A stretch of 58,918 bases of DNA, filler included, from a bacterium UBP13_UBA5359 (GTDB lineage: Bacteria; UBP13; UBA5359), in the NCBI GenBank assembly GCA_002410925.1. It is 5 parts of 5 records of this genome, joined end to end, with 100 filler letters (N's around TTAATTAATTAA, not from the genome) between each part and the next. Parts side by side here need not be neighbours in the genome. Positions count along the whole stretch, not along the records: positions 1 to 23,760 come from DHPR01000038.1; 4 more parts are not named here. One strand, 5' to 3'. Both the position numbers and the translations under genes were made by a program. Below are positions 9,702 to 20,166 of the stretch, one piece after another. The notes beneath the pieces are model-generated. The model saw nothing but the letters and a program-made list of their open reading frames with translations. It was not told where the DNA came from and ran no database searches. Within the stretch, counting starts at the first letter, position 1. The number at the start of each line of letters is the position of its first letter.

Positions 9702-10247
9702 ATGTCAAGAATTGGAAGAATGCCTATCCCCATTCCGACAGGAGTCGGGATTAAGGTTGAGAATAGCACAGTGACCATTGAGGGGCCTAAGGGTAAATTG
9801 ACACAACGTTTGAACCCCGATATGGAGATTGTTGTGGAAGATGGTGCTGCCCGGGTAAAAAGGCCGACTGATAGTAAGCTGCACAGAGCCTTACATGGCT
9901 TAAGCAGGTCTTTGATTGCCAATATGGTCGAGGGTGTGACCAATGGTTATACCAAGCGGTTGGTTATTACCGGTGTGGGCTATCGTGTACAAAAGCAGGG
10001 TGATGACCTGATATTACAGGTGGGCTTTTCGCATCCTGTTGAGGTCGCGCCGATGGAAGGTATTGAGCTGAATGTAGAAGGAAATAACCGGATAATAATT
10101 CAAGGTATTGATAAGCAGCGAGTTGGAGAGATGGCTGCCAATATCAGGGCCATATTGCCGCCTGAGCCGTATAAGGGCAAGGGTATAGCTTACGAGGGCG
10201 AGCGTATCCGCAGGAAGGCCGGCAAAGCCGGCAAGATCGGTAAATAG
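9702..10247 (+). CDS. rplF: 50S ribosomal protein L6
   Basis: MSRIGRMPI, GVGYR, PEPYKGKGI. Confidence 0.99.
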   Translation: MSRIGRMPIPIPTGVGIKVENSTVTIEGPKGKLTQRLNPDMEIVVEDGAARVKRPTDSKLHRALHGLSRSLIANMVEGVTNGYTKRLVITGVGYRVQKQGDDLILQVGFSHPVEVAPMEGIELNVEGNNRIIIQGIDKQRVGEMAANIRAILPPEPYKGKGIAYEGERIRRKAGKAGKIGK

Positions 10248-10269
10248 GCTGATTTGAAGGAGTTAGGCG

Positions 10270-10638
10270 ATGGGTAATACAGCAAAAAAAGTGGTAGCCA
10301 GGCAAAAAAGGCATTTCCGGGTTAGAAACAAGGTATCCGGTACGCCACAGCGGCCAAGGCTTAATGTTTTTAGAAGTCTATGCCATATATATGCACAGGT
10401 TATAGATGATCAGGCGGGTAATACGTTGTGTGCAGCTTCTACGATAGATCCGGAAATCAAGGGCAGCATTACGAACGGCGGAAATATCCAGGCTGCCGCT
10501 GCGGTAGGCAATCTTATTGCCAAGCGTTGCCTTGATGCCGGAGTAAGTGAAGTAGTTTTTGATAGAGGCGGCTATATCTATCATGGCCGCGTGAAGGCTC
10601 TGGCTGAAGCTGCACGCGAAGCCGGATTGAAGTTCTAG
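10270..10638 (+). CDS. rplR: 50S ribosomal protein L18
   Basis: [32 protein letters not shown]. Confidence 0.99.
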   Translation: MGNTAKKVVARQKRHFRVRNKVSGTPQRPRLNVFRSLCHIYAQVIDDQAGNTLCAASTIDPEIKGSITNGGNIQAAAAVGNLIAKRCLDAGVSEVVFDRGGYIYHGRVKALAEAAREAGLKF

Positions 10639-10653
10639 CATGGAGGAGAAGTA

Positions 10654-11187
10654 ATGGCTAAGATAGATCCTAATACACTTGTGCTTACCGAAAAGGTAGT
10701 CAAGATCAACAGGGTTGCCAAAGTACTTAAAGGCGGCCGTAAGTTTAGCTTCAGCGCGCTGGTGGTTGTGGGTGACGGTCAGGGGCATGTGGGTGCAGGA
10801 CTGGGAAAGGCCGGTGAAGTACCGGAGGCGATTCGTAAGGGTATTGAAGATGCCAAAAAGAATCTTATAAAAATCCCGCTTGTGGAAACGACGATTCCTC
10901 ACGAAATCAGTTGGACGTTAGGAGCCGGCAAGGTTATATTGAAGCCTGCTGCTCCGGGAACAGGCGTTATTGCCGGCGGGCCTGTGCGTGCCGTTCTTGA
11001 GGCTGCCGGAGTCAAGGATATCCTGACTAAGTCTCTGGGAACAGCCAATGCTATCAATGTTGTAAGGACTGTTATGGATGCCTTGAAGCATATGCGTTCT
11101 GTAGAGGATGTTGCCAGGATACGCGGCAAGAAAGTCGAAGACTTGGCTGATCGGAGGAACGGAGGTAAATTAGAATGGCGAGGCTGA
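10654..11187 (+). CDS. rpsE: 30S ribosomal protein S5
   Basis: [36 protein letters not shown]. Confidence 0.99.
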   Translation: MAKIDPNTLVLTEKVVKINRVAKVLKGGRKFSFSALVVVGDGQGHVGAGLGKAGEVPEAIRKGIEDAKKNLIKIPLVETTIPHEISWTLGAGKVILKPAAPGTGVIAGGPVRAVLEAAGVKDILTKSLGTANAINVVRTVMDALKHMRSVEDVARIRGKKVEDLADRRNGGKLEWRG

Positions 11188-11357
11188 AGGTTACTCTGAA
11201 AAAGAGCGCTATTGGAGCGCCTAAAGATCACAAAGCCACTGTAGCAGCGCTCGGCTTGCGTAAGTTGAATGCAGTAAGATACCATAATGATCTTCCACAG
11301 GTGATGGGGATGATCAACAAGGTACGCTATATGCTGGAAGTGGAAGAGGAAGGCTGA
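11175..11357 (+). CDS. rpmD: 50S ribosomal protein L30
   Basis: [11 protein letters not shown]...[10 protein letters not shown]. Confidence 0.97.
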   Translation: MARLKVTLKKSAIGAPKDHKATVAALGLRKLNAVRYHNDLPQVMGMINKVRYMLEVEEEG

Positions 11358-11402
11358 GAATAGATTTAGCGGTTAATTGTATCTGGATATCGTAAATTAT
11401 TA

Positions 11403-11411
11403 TGGTAAAAT
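11403..11411 (+). promoter_or_regulatory. candidate extended -10 internal promoter upstream of rplO
   Basis: TG-g-TAAAAT in an AT-rich spacer; no clear -35 at 17 bp. Confidence 0.35.
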
Positions 11412-11477
11412 AGAAAGGCTGATAATTGCGATACAGCCTGAGGTTATTTAACGTTCAGTTGAAAGTGGGTGCAAGCA

Positions 11478-11915
11478 TTGGAATTACATGATCTGCGTCC
11501 GACAAAGGGCGCGAGACATAGTATAAAGCGTGTCGGGCGTGGCACAGGTTCCGGTCACGGGAAAACATCCTGTCGCGGGCAGAAGGGACAGAAAGCACGC
11601 GGCAGTGTGCGTCCGGGTTTTGAAGGTGGGCAGACGCCTCTCTACAGACGTCTTCCTAAATTAAGAGGATTTACTAATATATTTTCGGTCGATTATGCTG
11701 AGATAAATGTGGTGGATCTTAACCGCTTTGATAATGGTACGGAGATATCGCCGGAATTACTATTGAGCCTGGGAATGGTTAAAGATATGAAAGACGGGCT
11801 TAAAGTTCTGGGCGATGGTGCTTTGGAGCGTAACCTCACCGTAAAGGCAAATCGTTTTACAAAGTCCGCTGTGGCGAAGATTGAGTCTGCCGGCGGCAAG
11901 GCAGAGGTGATATAG
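11478..11915 (+). CDS. rplO: 50S ribosomal protein L15 (TTG 11478 or GTG 11469 start)
   Basis: [28 protein letters not shown]. Confidence 0.98.
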   Translation: MELHDLRPTKGARHSIKRVGRGTGSGHGKTSCRGQKGQKARGSVRPGFEGGQTPLYRRLPKLRGFTNIFSVDYAEINVVDLNRFDNGTEISPELLLSLGMVKDMKDGLKVLGDGALERNLTVKANRFTKSAVAKIESAGGKAEVI

Positions 11916-13193
11916 ATGCTGGCCTCTCTTTTGAGTGCCTTCAAGATTCCCGAGCTGCGTAAGCGCATATTATATGTTTTCGGGATGATAGGAATCTTTG
12001 TCCTGGGATTACATATAGCAGTTCCAGGAATTGACAGAGTAGCCATGGAGAAGCTCTTCTCCAGCGGTGGTCTTCTGGGTTTAATGGACGTATTTTCCGG
12101 CGGTGCCTTGCGCAAGTTTTCGATTTTTGCTATGGGTATAGCGCCGTACATTAACGCCTCAATTATTATGCAGCTTCTTACAATTGCTGTGCCCTCCCTG
12201 GAGGAGATGTCCAAAGAGGGCGAATCCGGCCGTAAGAAGATAACGCAATATACCCGCTATCTGGCGGTGGTGTTGGCCTTTTTCCAGGGCGGGGGCATAT
12301 GCCTGTGGCTCTCTAAATCTAATATCCTTTCTGTTTCGACAGTGACCTTCCCTATGATTGTGATTACTCTGGTAGCAGGAACAGCCTTTCTTATGTGGCT
12401 GGGTGAACAGATCACGGAGAAGGGGATTGGTAATGGTATTTCGCTCTTGATCTTCACCGGTATCCTGGCTAGAATGCCTAATGACATCAGTCAGGTTGCC
12501 CAAAGTATACGAGCGCATGCCGTGACCTTCTTTGATGTTCTGCTCTTTCTGGCAATTTTTGTTGCCATGGTAGTGGGTATAATATTTATTCAGCAGGGGC
12601 AACGCCGCATACCCGTTCAATATGCCAAGCGTGTGGTTGGTCGCAGAATGTACGGCGGCCAGAGCACTTTCATACCATTGAAGGTTAATCAATCGGGGGT
12701 TATTCCTATAATCTTTGCGGTCTCGGTGCTTCTCTTCCCTGCTACTGTCGCTCAGTTTGCGCCACAGGTTGGAACATTTGGCAGCGTAATGGCCTGGATC
12801 AAGAATATATTTTCACCCGGGTCCTTTTGGTACACCTTCTTTTATGCAGTATTGGTAGTGCTCTTTACTTTCTTTTACACTGCGGTTATCTTTAATCCGG
12901 TTGAGGTCGCTGATAACATGAAGAAATACGGCGGCTTTGTTCCCGGTATAAGACCCGGTCGACCGACGGCAGAGTATCTTAATAAAGTAATTACAAGAAT
13001 TACTATGGCTGGAGCGTTTTTTCTGGCTTTTATAGCCGTTGTGCCTACATATCTTATGAATCTGACGCATATACAGATATACTACATGTATGGGGGCACT
13101 TCGCTTCTGATTATGGTTGGTGTGGCATTAGAAACCATGCAGCAGATAGAGGCTCATCTGCTTATGCGTAACTATGAGGGCTTCATAAAATAG
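11916..13193 (+). CDS. secY: preprotein translocase subunit SecY
   Basis: SIFAMGIAPYINASIIMQLL, WLGEQIT.KGIGNGISL, GVIPIIFA, PGIRPG, GGTSLLI. Confidence 0.99.
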   Translation: MLASLLSAFKIPELRKRILYVFGMIGIFVLGLHIAVPGIDRVAMEKLFSSGGLLGLMDVFSGGALRKFSIFAMGIAPYINASIIMQLLTIAVPSLEEMSKEGESGRKKITQYTRYLAVVLAFFQGGGICLWLSKSNILSVSTVTFPMIVITLVAGTAFLMWLGEQITEKGIGNGISLLIFTGILARMPNDISQVAQSIRAHAVTFFDVLLFLAIFVAMVVGIIFIQQGQRRIPVQYAKRVVGRRMYGGQSTFIPLKVNQSGVIPIIFAVSVLLFPATVAQFAPQVGTFGSVMAWIKNIFSPGSFWYTFFYAVLVVLFTFFYTAVIFNPVEVADNMKKYGGFVPGIRPGRPTAEYLNKVITRITMAGAFFLAFIAVVPTYLMNLTHIQIYYMYGGTSLLIMVGVALETMQQIEAHLLMRNYEGFIK

Positions 13194-13227
13194 ATGCGTA
13201 ATTATATTCGCATTTGGCAGGAGTGCA

Positions 13228-13905
13228 ATGAGAATAATATTGTTAGGCGCACCCGGTTCCGGCAAAGGTACCGTGGCCAGGGTGCTGGTTGAGAGAACCG
13301 GCACGCCACACATCTCCACAGGGGATATGCTGCGTGCCGCCCAGGCCGCTAAAACTTCGCTGGGGGCCAGTGCCCGTGAGTATATGGAGAGCGGGCGGCT
13401 TGTGCCTGATGATATTGTAATCGGGCTGATACGTAATAGGCTCGGTCAATCCGATTGTCTGTCAAAGGGGTATATACTTGATGGATTTCCAAGAACTCTC
13501 TCACAGGCTGCAGAGCTGGGAGTGGTGCTGGCGGACTTGGAATCGGATGTTCAGGCTGTCTTCGACCTGCAAGTCAATCGGCAGCTGCTGATAAAACGGC
13601 TTTCCGGGCGGCGTATCTGCAAGAGTTGTGATGCTATATATCATGTGGTTAATATGCCGCCTAAAAAAGAAGGGATCTGCGATATTTGTGGCGGTGAGCT
13701 GTATCAGAGGGCTGATGACCAGCCGGCCACTGTCGAAAACAGACTGGATGTTTATGAGGTGCAGACAAAGCCTCTGATTGAATACTACAGAAACATGGGT
13801 CTGCTCTATCCCGTTGAAGGAGATAAAGGAGTGCAGGCGGTTTTTGAAATGATAATACATACCCTTGATAATATCCGGAAGCCGGCTCGTGACCAGGCAC
13901 AATGA
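13228..13905 (+). CDS. adk: adenylate kinase (zinc-lid type)
   Basis: GAPGSGKGT, HISTGDMLR, LDGFPR, CKSC..CDIC lid. Confidence 0.98.
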   Translation: MRIILLGAPGSGKGTVARVLVERTGTPHISTGDMLRAAQAAKTSLGASAREYMESGRLVPDDIVIGLIRNRLGQSDCLSKGYILDGFPRTLSQAAELGVVLADLESDVQAVFDLQVNRQLLIKRLSGRRICKSCDAIYHVVNMPPKKEGICDICGGELYQRADDQPATVENRLDVYEVQTKPLIEYYRNMGLLYPVEGDKGVQAVFEMIIHTLDNIRKPARDQAQ

Positions 13906-14648
13906 TTATACGGAAGAAGAAAGCCGAAATCGAAAAGATGCGCCGTGCAGGGCAAATTGTTGCCGCTACACTGCAAAAAATCAGTGCCGCCGTATACCCG
14001 GGTGTAATGACTATAGAGCTGGATACACTGGCTGAGTCCAGTCTTAGAGCGGCTGGAGCTATACCGGCATTTAAAGGATATCGCGGGTATCCCGCTACAT
14101 TATGTACGTCAGTAAACGATGAAGTTGTGCATGGTATACCTGGGAAGAGAGTTCTTTGTGAAGGTGATATCGTCAGCCTTGATCTGGGAGCAAAATTTGA
14201 CGGATTTTATGCTGATGCAACGGTGACCTGCCCTGTTGGAGTCATATCGGTAGAAGCAGAAAGGCTGATAAGGGTTACTCGTGAAGCCTTATATAAAGGG
14301 ATTGAAAAGGCAACTCCCGGCAGGCGGTTGGGTGATGTAGGAGCGGCCATACAGCAATATGCAGAGATGAATGGCTATGGAGTGGTAAGAGATCTTGTCG
14401 GTCACGGTATAGGGCGTTCTCTGCACGAAGACCCGCAGGTGCCTAATTACGGTATGCCCGGGCATGGAACGTTGCTTAAGGAAGGTATGACGCTGGCTAT
14501 AGAGCCGATGATTAATGCAGGCGGTTATGGTATACGCCAGCTTGCTGATGGCTGGACTATTGTAACTGCGGATCATAGCCTGTCGGCGCATTATGAACAT
14601 ACTGTTGCGATCATCGATGACGGCGCAACGATATTGACGGAATTGTGA
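13902..14648 (+). CDS. map: methionine aminopeptidase type I
   Basis: SVNDEVVHGIP, GHGIG..LHEDP, IEPM, SAHYEHT. Confidence 0.98.
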   Translation: MIIRKKKAEIEKMRRAGQIVAATLQKISAAVYPGVMTIELDTLAESSLRAAGAIPAFKGYRGYPATLCTSVNDEVVHGIPGKRVLCEGDIVSLDLGAKFDGFYADATVTCPVGVISVEAERLIRVTREALYKGIEKATPGRRLGDVGAAIQQYAEMNGYGVVRDLVGHGIGRSLHEDPQVPNYGMPGHGTLLKEGMTLAIEPMINAGGYGIRQLADGWTIVTADHSLSAHYEHTVAIIDDGATILTEL

Positions 14649-14678
14649 GCTTGAATAGAGTTTGGAGGTAGAGGCTTA

Positions 14679-14900
14679 ATGTCCAAAAAAGAGGGAGTTA
14701 TCGAGATGGAGGGCAAGATCATAGAAACATTGCCCAATGCCATGTTCCGGGTTATGCTGGATAATGGCCATAATATACTGGCACATGTCTCAGGCAAGAT
14801 CCGGATGCATTTCATCCGCATACTTCCGGGTGACAGGGTAAAGGTCGAGCTGTCACCGTACGATTTAAACCGCGGCAGGATTGTATATAGATTCAAGTAA
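14679..14900 (+). CDS. infA: translation initiation factor IF-1
   Basis: [30 protein letters not shown]. Confidence 0.99.
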   Translation: MSKKEGVIEMEGKIIETLPNAMFRVMLDNGHNILAHVSGKIRMHFIRILPGDRVKVELSPYDLNRGRIVYRFK

Positions 14901-15065
<165 letters not shown>

Positions 15066-15155
15066 GAATAGTGTGTCTGCTGTTACTCAAGAACAGACTT
15101 TACAAGGCCGTTGGAGCGGCAGATTGCTCCAAGCGAATACAGGGGGTGTAAGAAT

Positions 15156-15527
15156 TTGGCAAGAATAGCGGGCGTTGATCTGCCAAGAGATAAGAGGGTG
15201 GATGTTGCTTTAACCTATATTTATGGTGTAGGCAAGACCACAAGTAATGCTATTATTACAAAATCCGGTGTAGAGGCATCTACCCGGGTAAGGGATCTTA
15301 CTGAAGAAGAGATTGGCCGTTTGCGGGAGATTCTTGATAAGGAGTATACGGTTGAGGGTGATCTCAGGCGCGAAGTTACCATGAATATAAAGCGTCTGAT
15401 CGATATCGGTTCATATAGAGGATTGCGTCATCGTCGCGGTCTTCCCGTTCACGGGCAGCGAACAAGCACCAATGCCAGGACACGCAAAGGTCCGAGACGT
15501 ACGGTGGGAATCAGAAGAAAGAAATAA
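15156..15527 (+). CDS. rpsM: 30S ribosomal protein S13 (TTG start)
   Basis: [33 protein letters not shown]. Confidence 0.98.
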   Translation: MARIAGVDLPRDKRVDVALTYIYGVGKTTSNAIITKSGVEASTRVRDLTEEEIGRLREILDKEYTVEGDLRREVTMNIKRLIDIGSYRGLRHRRGLPVHGQRTSTNARTRKGPRRTVGIRRKK

Positions 15528-15621
15528 TTTTAGTGCACAGCTGGTTTCAACATCGGCTGTAACTTTGCGTGTCGGGGAATAGCTTAAAGCATGAACCCGT
15601 GTTAAGATAGGAGGTTTAAAG

Positions 15622-16017
15622 TTGGCGAGGAGAACAGGAACCCAAAAGGTAAAAAAGAGGGAACGTAAGAATATTCTGGAAGGTATGGCACATATCCATT
15701 CCACCTTTAATAACACACTGGTAACGATTACGGATACGCATGGCGCTGTAATTTCATGGGCCAGTGCAGGCGGTATGGGATTCAAAGGATCGCGAAAAGG
15801 CACTCCTTTTGCCGCCCAGACTGCTGCTGAATCCGTAGCTAAAAAAGCTATGGAGCACGGCATGCGCCAGGTAGAGGTCTACGTTAAGGGACCTGGTGCA
15901 GGGCGCGAAGCGGCTATTAGATCCCTTCAGGCTGCAGGTTTGAACGTCAGCCTTATTAAAGACGTTACGCCGATACCCCATAACGGTTGTCGGCCACCTA
16001 AAAGAAGAAGAGTTTGA
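15622..16017 (+). CDS. rpsK: 30S ribosomal protein S11 (TTG start)
   Basis: [26 protein letters not shown]. Confidence 0.99.
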   Translation: MARRTGTQKVKKRERKNILEGMAHIHSTFNNTLVTITDTHGAVISWASAGGMGFKGSRKGTPFAAQTAAESVAKKAMEHGMRQVEVYVKGPGAGREAAIRSLQAAGLNVSLIKDVTPIPHNGCRPPKRRRV

Positions 16018-16037
16018 AAAGCAGGGGGTGAAGAAAT

Positions 16038-16667
16038 ATGGCACGTTATTCAGGACCGGTATGTAGATTATGTCGCCGCGAGGGCAATAAGCTCTTTTTG
16101 AAGGGCGAGCGGTGTTATATGGCTAAGTGTACCGTCGAGCGTCGTGCAGGCGCTCCGGGAGATAAGAAGAGGGCGGTGCGTTCCAAGTTTACGGAATACG
16201 GTATTCAGCTGAGAGAGAAGCAAAAAGTACGCCGCATTTACGGGGTTTTGGAGCGTCAGTTTCGCAATTATTTTGAAGACGCTGAGCGTATGAAGGGAGT
16301 TGCAGGTGAGAATCTGCTTTTCCTTCTGGAGCGAAGATTTGACAACATTATCTTCCGAATGGGTTTTGCCTCTTCCAGGCGAGAGGCCAGGCAATTGGTG
16401 CGTCATGGTCATTTTGCTGTGAATGGCAGTAAGGTGGATATCCCTTCTTATATTGTAAAGCCCGGCGATACAATTGAAGTCCGTGAAGGCAGCAGGGATA
16501 TGGAAGAGATCAAGGCATCTGTTGAGTCGGCTGCGCAGAGACAGATTCCCACCTGGCTGGAGCTTAATGCTGAGGAGATGAAGGGCAAGGTTGTCAGAAA
16601 CCCTGTTCGCGAAGATATTGATGTTCCTATTCAGGAGCAGTTGATTGTTGAGTTCTACTCCAGATAA
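16038..16667 (+). CDS. rpsD: 30S ribosomal protein S4 (zinc-binding form)
   Basis: [32 protein letters not shown]. Confidence 0.99.
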   Translation: MARYSGPVCRLCRREGNKLFLKGERCYMAKCTVERRAGAPGDKKRAVRSKFTEYGIQLREKQKVRRIYGVLERQFRNYFEDAERMKGVAGENLLFLLERRFDNIIFRMGFASSRREARQLVRHGHFAVNGSKVDIPSYIVKPGDTIEVREGSRDMEEIKASVESAAQRQIPTWLELNAEEMKGKVVRNPVREDIDVPIQEQLIVEFYSR

Positions 16668-16700
16668 AGCTCTGACTGGTTTGACAAAGGGGAGGTACAT

Positions 16701-17639
16701 ATGGCTGAAATAATGGCCAAGATAGAGTGTCTGATATCTGATGAAAGATATATGAAACTGATAATCGAGCCGCTGGAGCGCGGATTTGGTAACACTATAG
16801 GAAATGCCTTGCGTCGTACATTGATGTCTTCGCTTCCCGGAGCAGCAATCACGGCCATAAAAATAGAGGGTGTTTTACATGAGTTCTCAACCTTACCGGG
16901 TGTTGCCGAAGATGTAACCGAGATAGTTCTTAATATGAAGGAGCTGGCTGTCAAACTGAGTGGTGATGAGCCTAAATCCATGCGTATTGAGGCTGAAGGG
17001 GTAGGCGAAGTTAAAGCTTCCGATATAATTGTGCCGGCGGAAGTCGAGATATGTAATCCCGATTTACATATAGCTGAATTGACGGAGAAGAATGCTCGTC
17101 TCTTTATGGATATAATCGTTGAGCGCGGCGCCGGCTATGTTCCGGCTGAGAAACATCGTCGTTTCGGGCATCAGGTAGGCGTAATTCCTATTGACTCCAT
17201 CTTCACGCCGGTACAAAGGATGAATTACATAGTTGAGGATACCCGTGTAGGCCAGGTAACCGATTACGATAAGCTGATATTGGAAGTCTGGACAAATGGT
17301 TGCCTCAAGCCGGAAGAAGCAATGGGTTTTGCCGCCAGACTGTTGCATGATCACCTAAGGCTCTTCTTTGATTTCTCTGGTGTTACACTTGAGAGCACGG
17401 AATCGAAGGAGGTCGAAACTGAGAGCAATAAGATTAAGGAGCTTACTCTTGAGGAGCTCGGTCTCTCTGTCAGGCCTTATAATTGCCTTAAGAGAGCAGG
17501 CATAAATACTGTAGAAGAATTGCTGACCAAAACTGATAGCGAAATAACCGGCGTTAGAAATTTTGGCAAGAAATCGCTTGAAGAGATAAAAGAGAAGCTG
17601 GCCGAACACGGATTGGCGTTAAAGGAATCGGCTGAGTAG
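16701..17639 (+). CDS. rpoA: RNA polymerase alpha subunit
   Basis: EPLERGFG.TIGNALRR, HEFSTLPGV.ED, LSVRPYNCLKRAGI, NFGKKSLEEI. Confidence 0.99.
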   Translation: MAEIMAKIECLISDERYMKLIIEPLERGFGNTIGNALRRTLMSSLPGAAITAIKIEGVLHEFSTLPGVAEDVTEIVLNMKELAVKLSGDEPKSMRIEAEGVGEVKASDIIVPAEVEICNPDLHIAELTEKNARLFMDIIVERGAGYVPAEKHRRFGHQVGVIPIDSIFTPVQRMNYIVEDTRVGQVTDYDKLILEVWTNGCLKPEEAMGFAARLLHDHLRLFFDFSGVTLESTESKEVETESNKIKELTLEELGLSVRPYNCLKRAGINTVEELLTKTDSEITGVRNFGKKSLEEIKEKLAEHGLALKESAE

Positions 17640-17650
17640 GAGGTTGTTAA

Positions 17651-18001
17651 ATGAGACATAGAGTAGCCGGCAGAAAGCTGAACAGGCCGACAGATGAGCG
17701 CATTGCGCTATTCAGAAGCCTGGTAACCTCTCTGTTTAAATATGGAAAGATCAATACTACGGAGATGAAAGCCAAGGAGATAAGGCCAATCGCCGAGAAG
17801 CTGATAACTCTGGCCGGTAAAGATGATCTTCATGCCCGACGGCAGGTACTTGCTTACCTTTATGATAAAGAGATTGCCGGTAAGCTTTTCAGTGAGATTG
17901 GTCCGCGCTATAAGGATAGGCAGGGCGGATATACCCGTATTCTGAAAGTGGGATTCAGGCGCGGTGATGCTTCACCCATGGCGATAATAGAGCTGGTATA
18001 G
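17651..18001 (+). CDS. rplQ: 50S ribosomal protein L17
   Basis: [23 protein letters not shown]. Confidence 0.99.
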   Translation: MRHRVAGRKLNRPTDERIALFRSLVTSLFKYGKINTTEMKAKEIRPIAEKLITLAGKDDLHARRQVLAYLYDKEIAGKLFSEIGPRYKDRQGGYTRILKVGFRRGDASPMAIIELV

Positions 18002-18042
18002 CAGCGCAACGATCTTTGATGAGATTATTATGCCAAAAGCAG

Positions 18043-18082
18043 GCAGAGGGGACACAGGTTTTTCCGGTGTCCTCTTGTTATT
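18043..18082 (+). terminator. probable hairpin terminator after rplQ
   Basis: AGAGGGGACAC / GTGTCCTCTT stem followed by GTTATT. Confidence 0.5.
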
Positions 18083-18155
18083 GCTAGGAATAGGATAGGT
18101 TTTAAAGCCGATTCAATGATGGAAAACATATGACATTGAAAACTTAGGGGCTTGC

Positions 18156-18983
18156 ATGGAGATCTTAAAACCGATAATGGATAGCAAACAAACGGCAGCC
18201 GATTCTGCAGGGCGTAATCTGGCGGTGTTGCTGGAATATGACGGCACAGATTTTTGTGGCTATCAGTATCAGCCGCGAGTGCGAACCATCCAGGGAGAGC
18301 TGGAGAAGGCATTGAAATGCTTATTCAGCCATTCTTTACGGGTAAGTGCTTCCGGCAGAACCGATGCCGGAGTACATGCGCTGGGTCAGGTAGCGGGCTT
18401 CATATTGGAGCATGATATCCGGTTGGAACGATTACCGTTTGCATTAAACAGCGTTCTTCCTCGAGATATTGTTGTTAAGTGTGCGGCAGAGGCGGAGAGC
18501 TCGTTTCATCCTCGTTACTCAGCCATTGGCAAGATTTATCGTTACTGCATAATAAACCGGGCGCAACCTTCGGCCTTGCTACGAAATTATGCAACATTTA
18601 TTCCCTATAAGCTTGATATCGATGCTATGAAAAGTGCTTGCGGTTATCTTGTCGGTGAGCGTAATTTTGCTTCTATGATGTCTTCCGGCAGCCCGGTCAA
18701 GAGTACTGTGCGTAATCTAAGACGCCTGGAGGTGAAACTTCAGAGCGATGGGCTGCTGATATTTACAGCCGAGGCAAATGGCTTTCTTTATCAGATGGTA
18801 AGAAATATTATCGGAACCTTGATAGATGTAGGACGAGGAAGGCTACTTCCAGAAGATATAGCGCATATTCTGGAGGCTGAAGACCGTAAGGCGGCGGGCC
18901 CGGCCGTACCACCGCAGGGGCTCTATCTGCAGCAGGTCATATATCCTGAAAAGATAATAAGGTGGTGCAAGGATAATGCGTAA
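18156..18983 (+). CDS. truA: tRNA pseudouridine(38-40) synthase TruA (start uncertain)
   Basis: EYDGTDF.G.Q.Q, SGRTDAGVHA.GQV, FLYQMVR. Confidence 0.96.
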   Translation: MEILKPIMDSKQTAADSAGRNLAVLLEYDGTDFCGYQYQPRVRTIQGELEKALKCLFSHSLRVSASGRTDAGVHALGQVAGFILEHDIRLERLPFALNSVLPRDIVVKCAAEAESSFHPRYSAIGKIYRYCIINRAQPSALLRNYATFIPYKLDIDAMKSACGYLVGERNFASMMSSGSPVKSTVRNLRRLEVKLQSDGLLIFTAEANGFLYQMVRNIIGTLIDVGRGRLLPEDIAHILEAEDRKAAGPAVPPQGLYLQQVIYPEKIIRWCKDNA

Positions 18984-20160
18984 AAGATTAATCCTGCTTA
19001 TCATAGTTAGTTGCTGTATTATGCTATGGATATTTCAGCCTAACATTTGTACCAGGCTACTTCCGGTCAAAGCCGGTGAATTATCCGCTTCAAAGCCGGA
19101 TGAGGCCATCAGGCTGCCACGGCATCTGCCACGTGGAATTATTCTGATGATTGGTGACGGCATGGGCTTTGAGCATATCAAGGCAACTAGTCTCAGCCTG
19201 AAGAAGGATAAGCTGGAAATGGAGAAAATGCCGGTCAGCGGCAGCTTGACAACATGTTCGTATGGCGGCACAGTTACCGATTCAGCTGCTGCTGCCACAG
19301 CTCTGGCTACCGGTGTGAAGACTCGTAATGGATATTTGGGAATCTCTTCCAAAGGAATATTACTGGAAAACGTATCTGAAGTAGCTTCTCGAACCGGCAG
19401 GCGTGTAGGTCTGATCACTACCGTAACCCTTACTCATGCCACCCCTGCGGCCTTTGCAGTTCATCTCCATGCACGTAAAGATGAGGCTTCCATTGCAACA
19501 GCCATGATACTTAAGCGGCTAGATCTGATATGGGGCGGAGGCTACGGCTTTTTTATTCCTGAATCTCTTTCCGGTAGTTTTCGCAAGGATAATACGGATG
19601 TAATTAAGCTGGCAAAGAATAATGGATATCAATTGATAAGAAACAGATCTGAAATGGCGCAGATTACGTCTCTGCCCTCGCTGGGGCTCTTCAACAGAGG
19701 CGCATTGAATGGCAACAAGAAGGAGCCGGATCTGGCTGAAATGACGGTTAAAGCTGCCGGCTTGCTTGCTAAAGATAACAGAGGCTTTTTTTTGATGGTG
19801 GAGGGAGGAAAGATAGATTGGGCTGCACATGCTCATGACTTGCCGGGAGTGATCAAGGAAACAGCATCCTTTGACAAAGCCGTATCTGAAGCAGTGCGCT
19901 TTGCAGAGGCACGGGGTGACGTTATGGTATTGGTCGTTGCCGATCATGAGACCGGAGGGTTGGAGCTTCTGGATAAGAATGGTGCAATATCGACTGTTTG
20001 GACTACTTTTGGCCACACGGACAGAGATGTTCCTCTTTATGGCTATGGCCCGGGTGCAGAAATGTTTGCTGGAAAGCATGATAACACATATATCGGCCGT
20101 ATGCTGATTCAGTATTTTACAACTGTCGAGAAGTATACTAAAATTCTACTGAGTGCTTGA
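18976..20160 (+). CDS. secreted alkaline phosphatase
   Basis: IILMIGDGMG, TDSAAAATA (catalytic Ser), HATPA, MVEGGKIDWAAH, ADHETG; N-terminal hydrophobic signal. Confidence 0.92.
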   Translation: MRKRLILLIIVSCCIMLWIFQPNICTRLLPVKAGELSASKPDEAIRLPRHLPRGIILMIGDGMGFEHIKATSLSLKKDKLEMEKMPVSGSLTTCSYGGTVTDSAAAATALATGVKTRNGYLGISSKGILLENVSEVASRTGRRVGLITTVTLTHATPAAFAVHLHARKDEASIATAMILKRLDLIWGGGYGFFIPESLSGSFRKDNTDVIKLAKNNGYQLIRNRSEMAQITSLPSLGLFNRGALNGNKKEPDLAEMTVKAAGLLAKDNRGFFLMVEGGKIDWAAHAHDLPGVIKETASFDKAVSEAVRFAEARGDVMVLVVADHETGGLELLDKNGAISTVWTTFGHTDRDVPLYGYGPGAEMFAGKHDNTYIGRMLIQYFTTVEKYTKILLSA

Positions 20161-20166
20161 TGAGTT

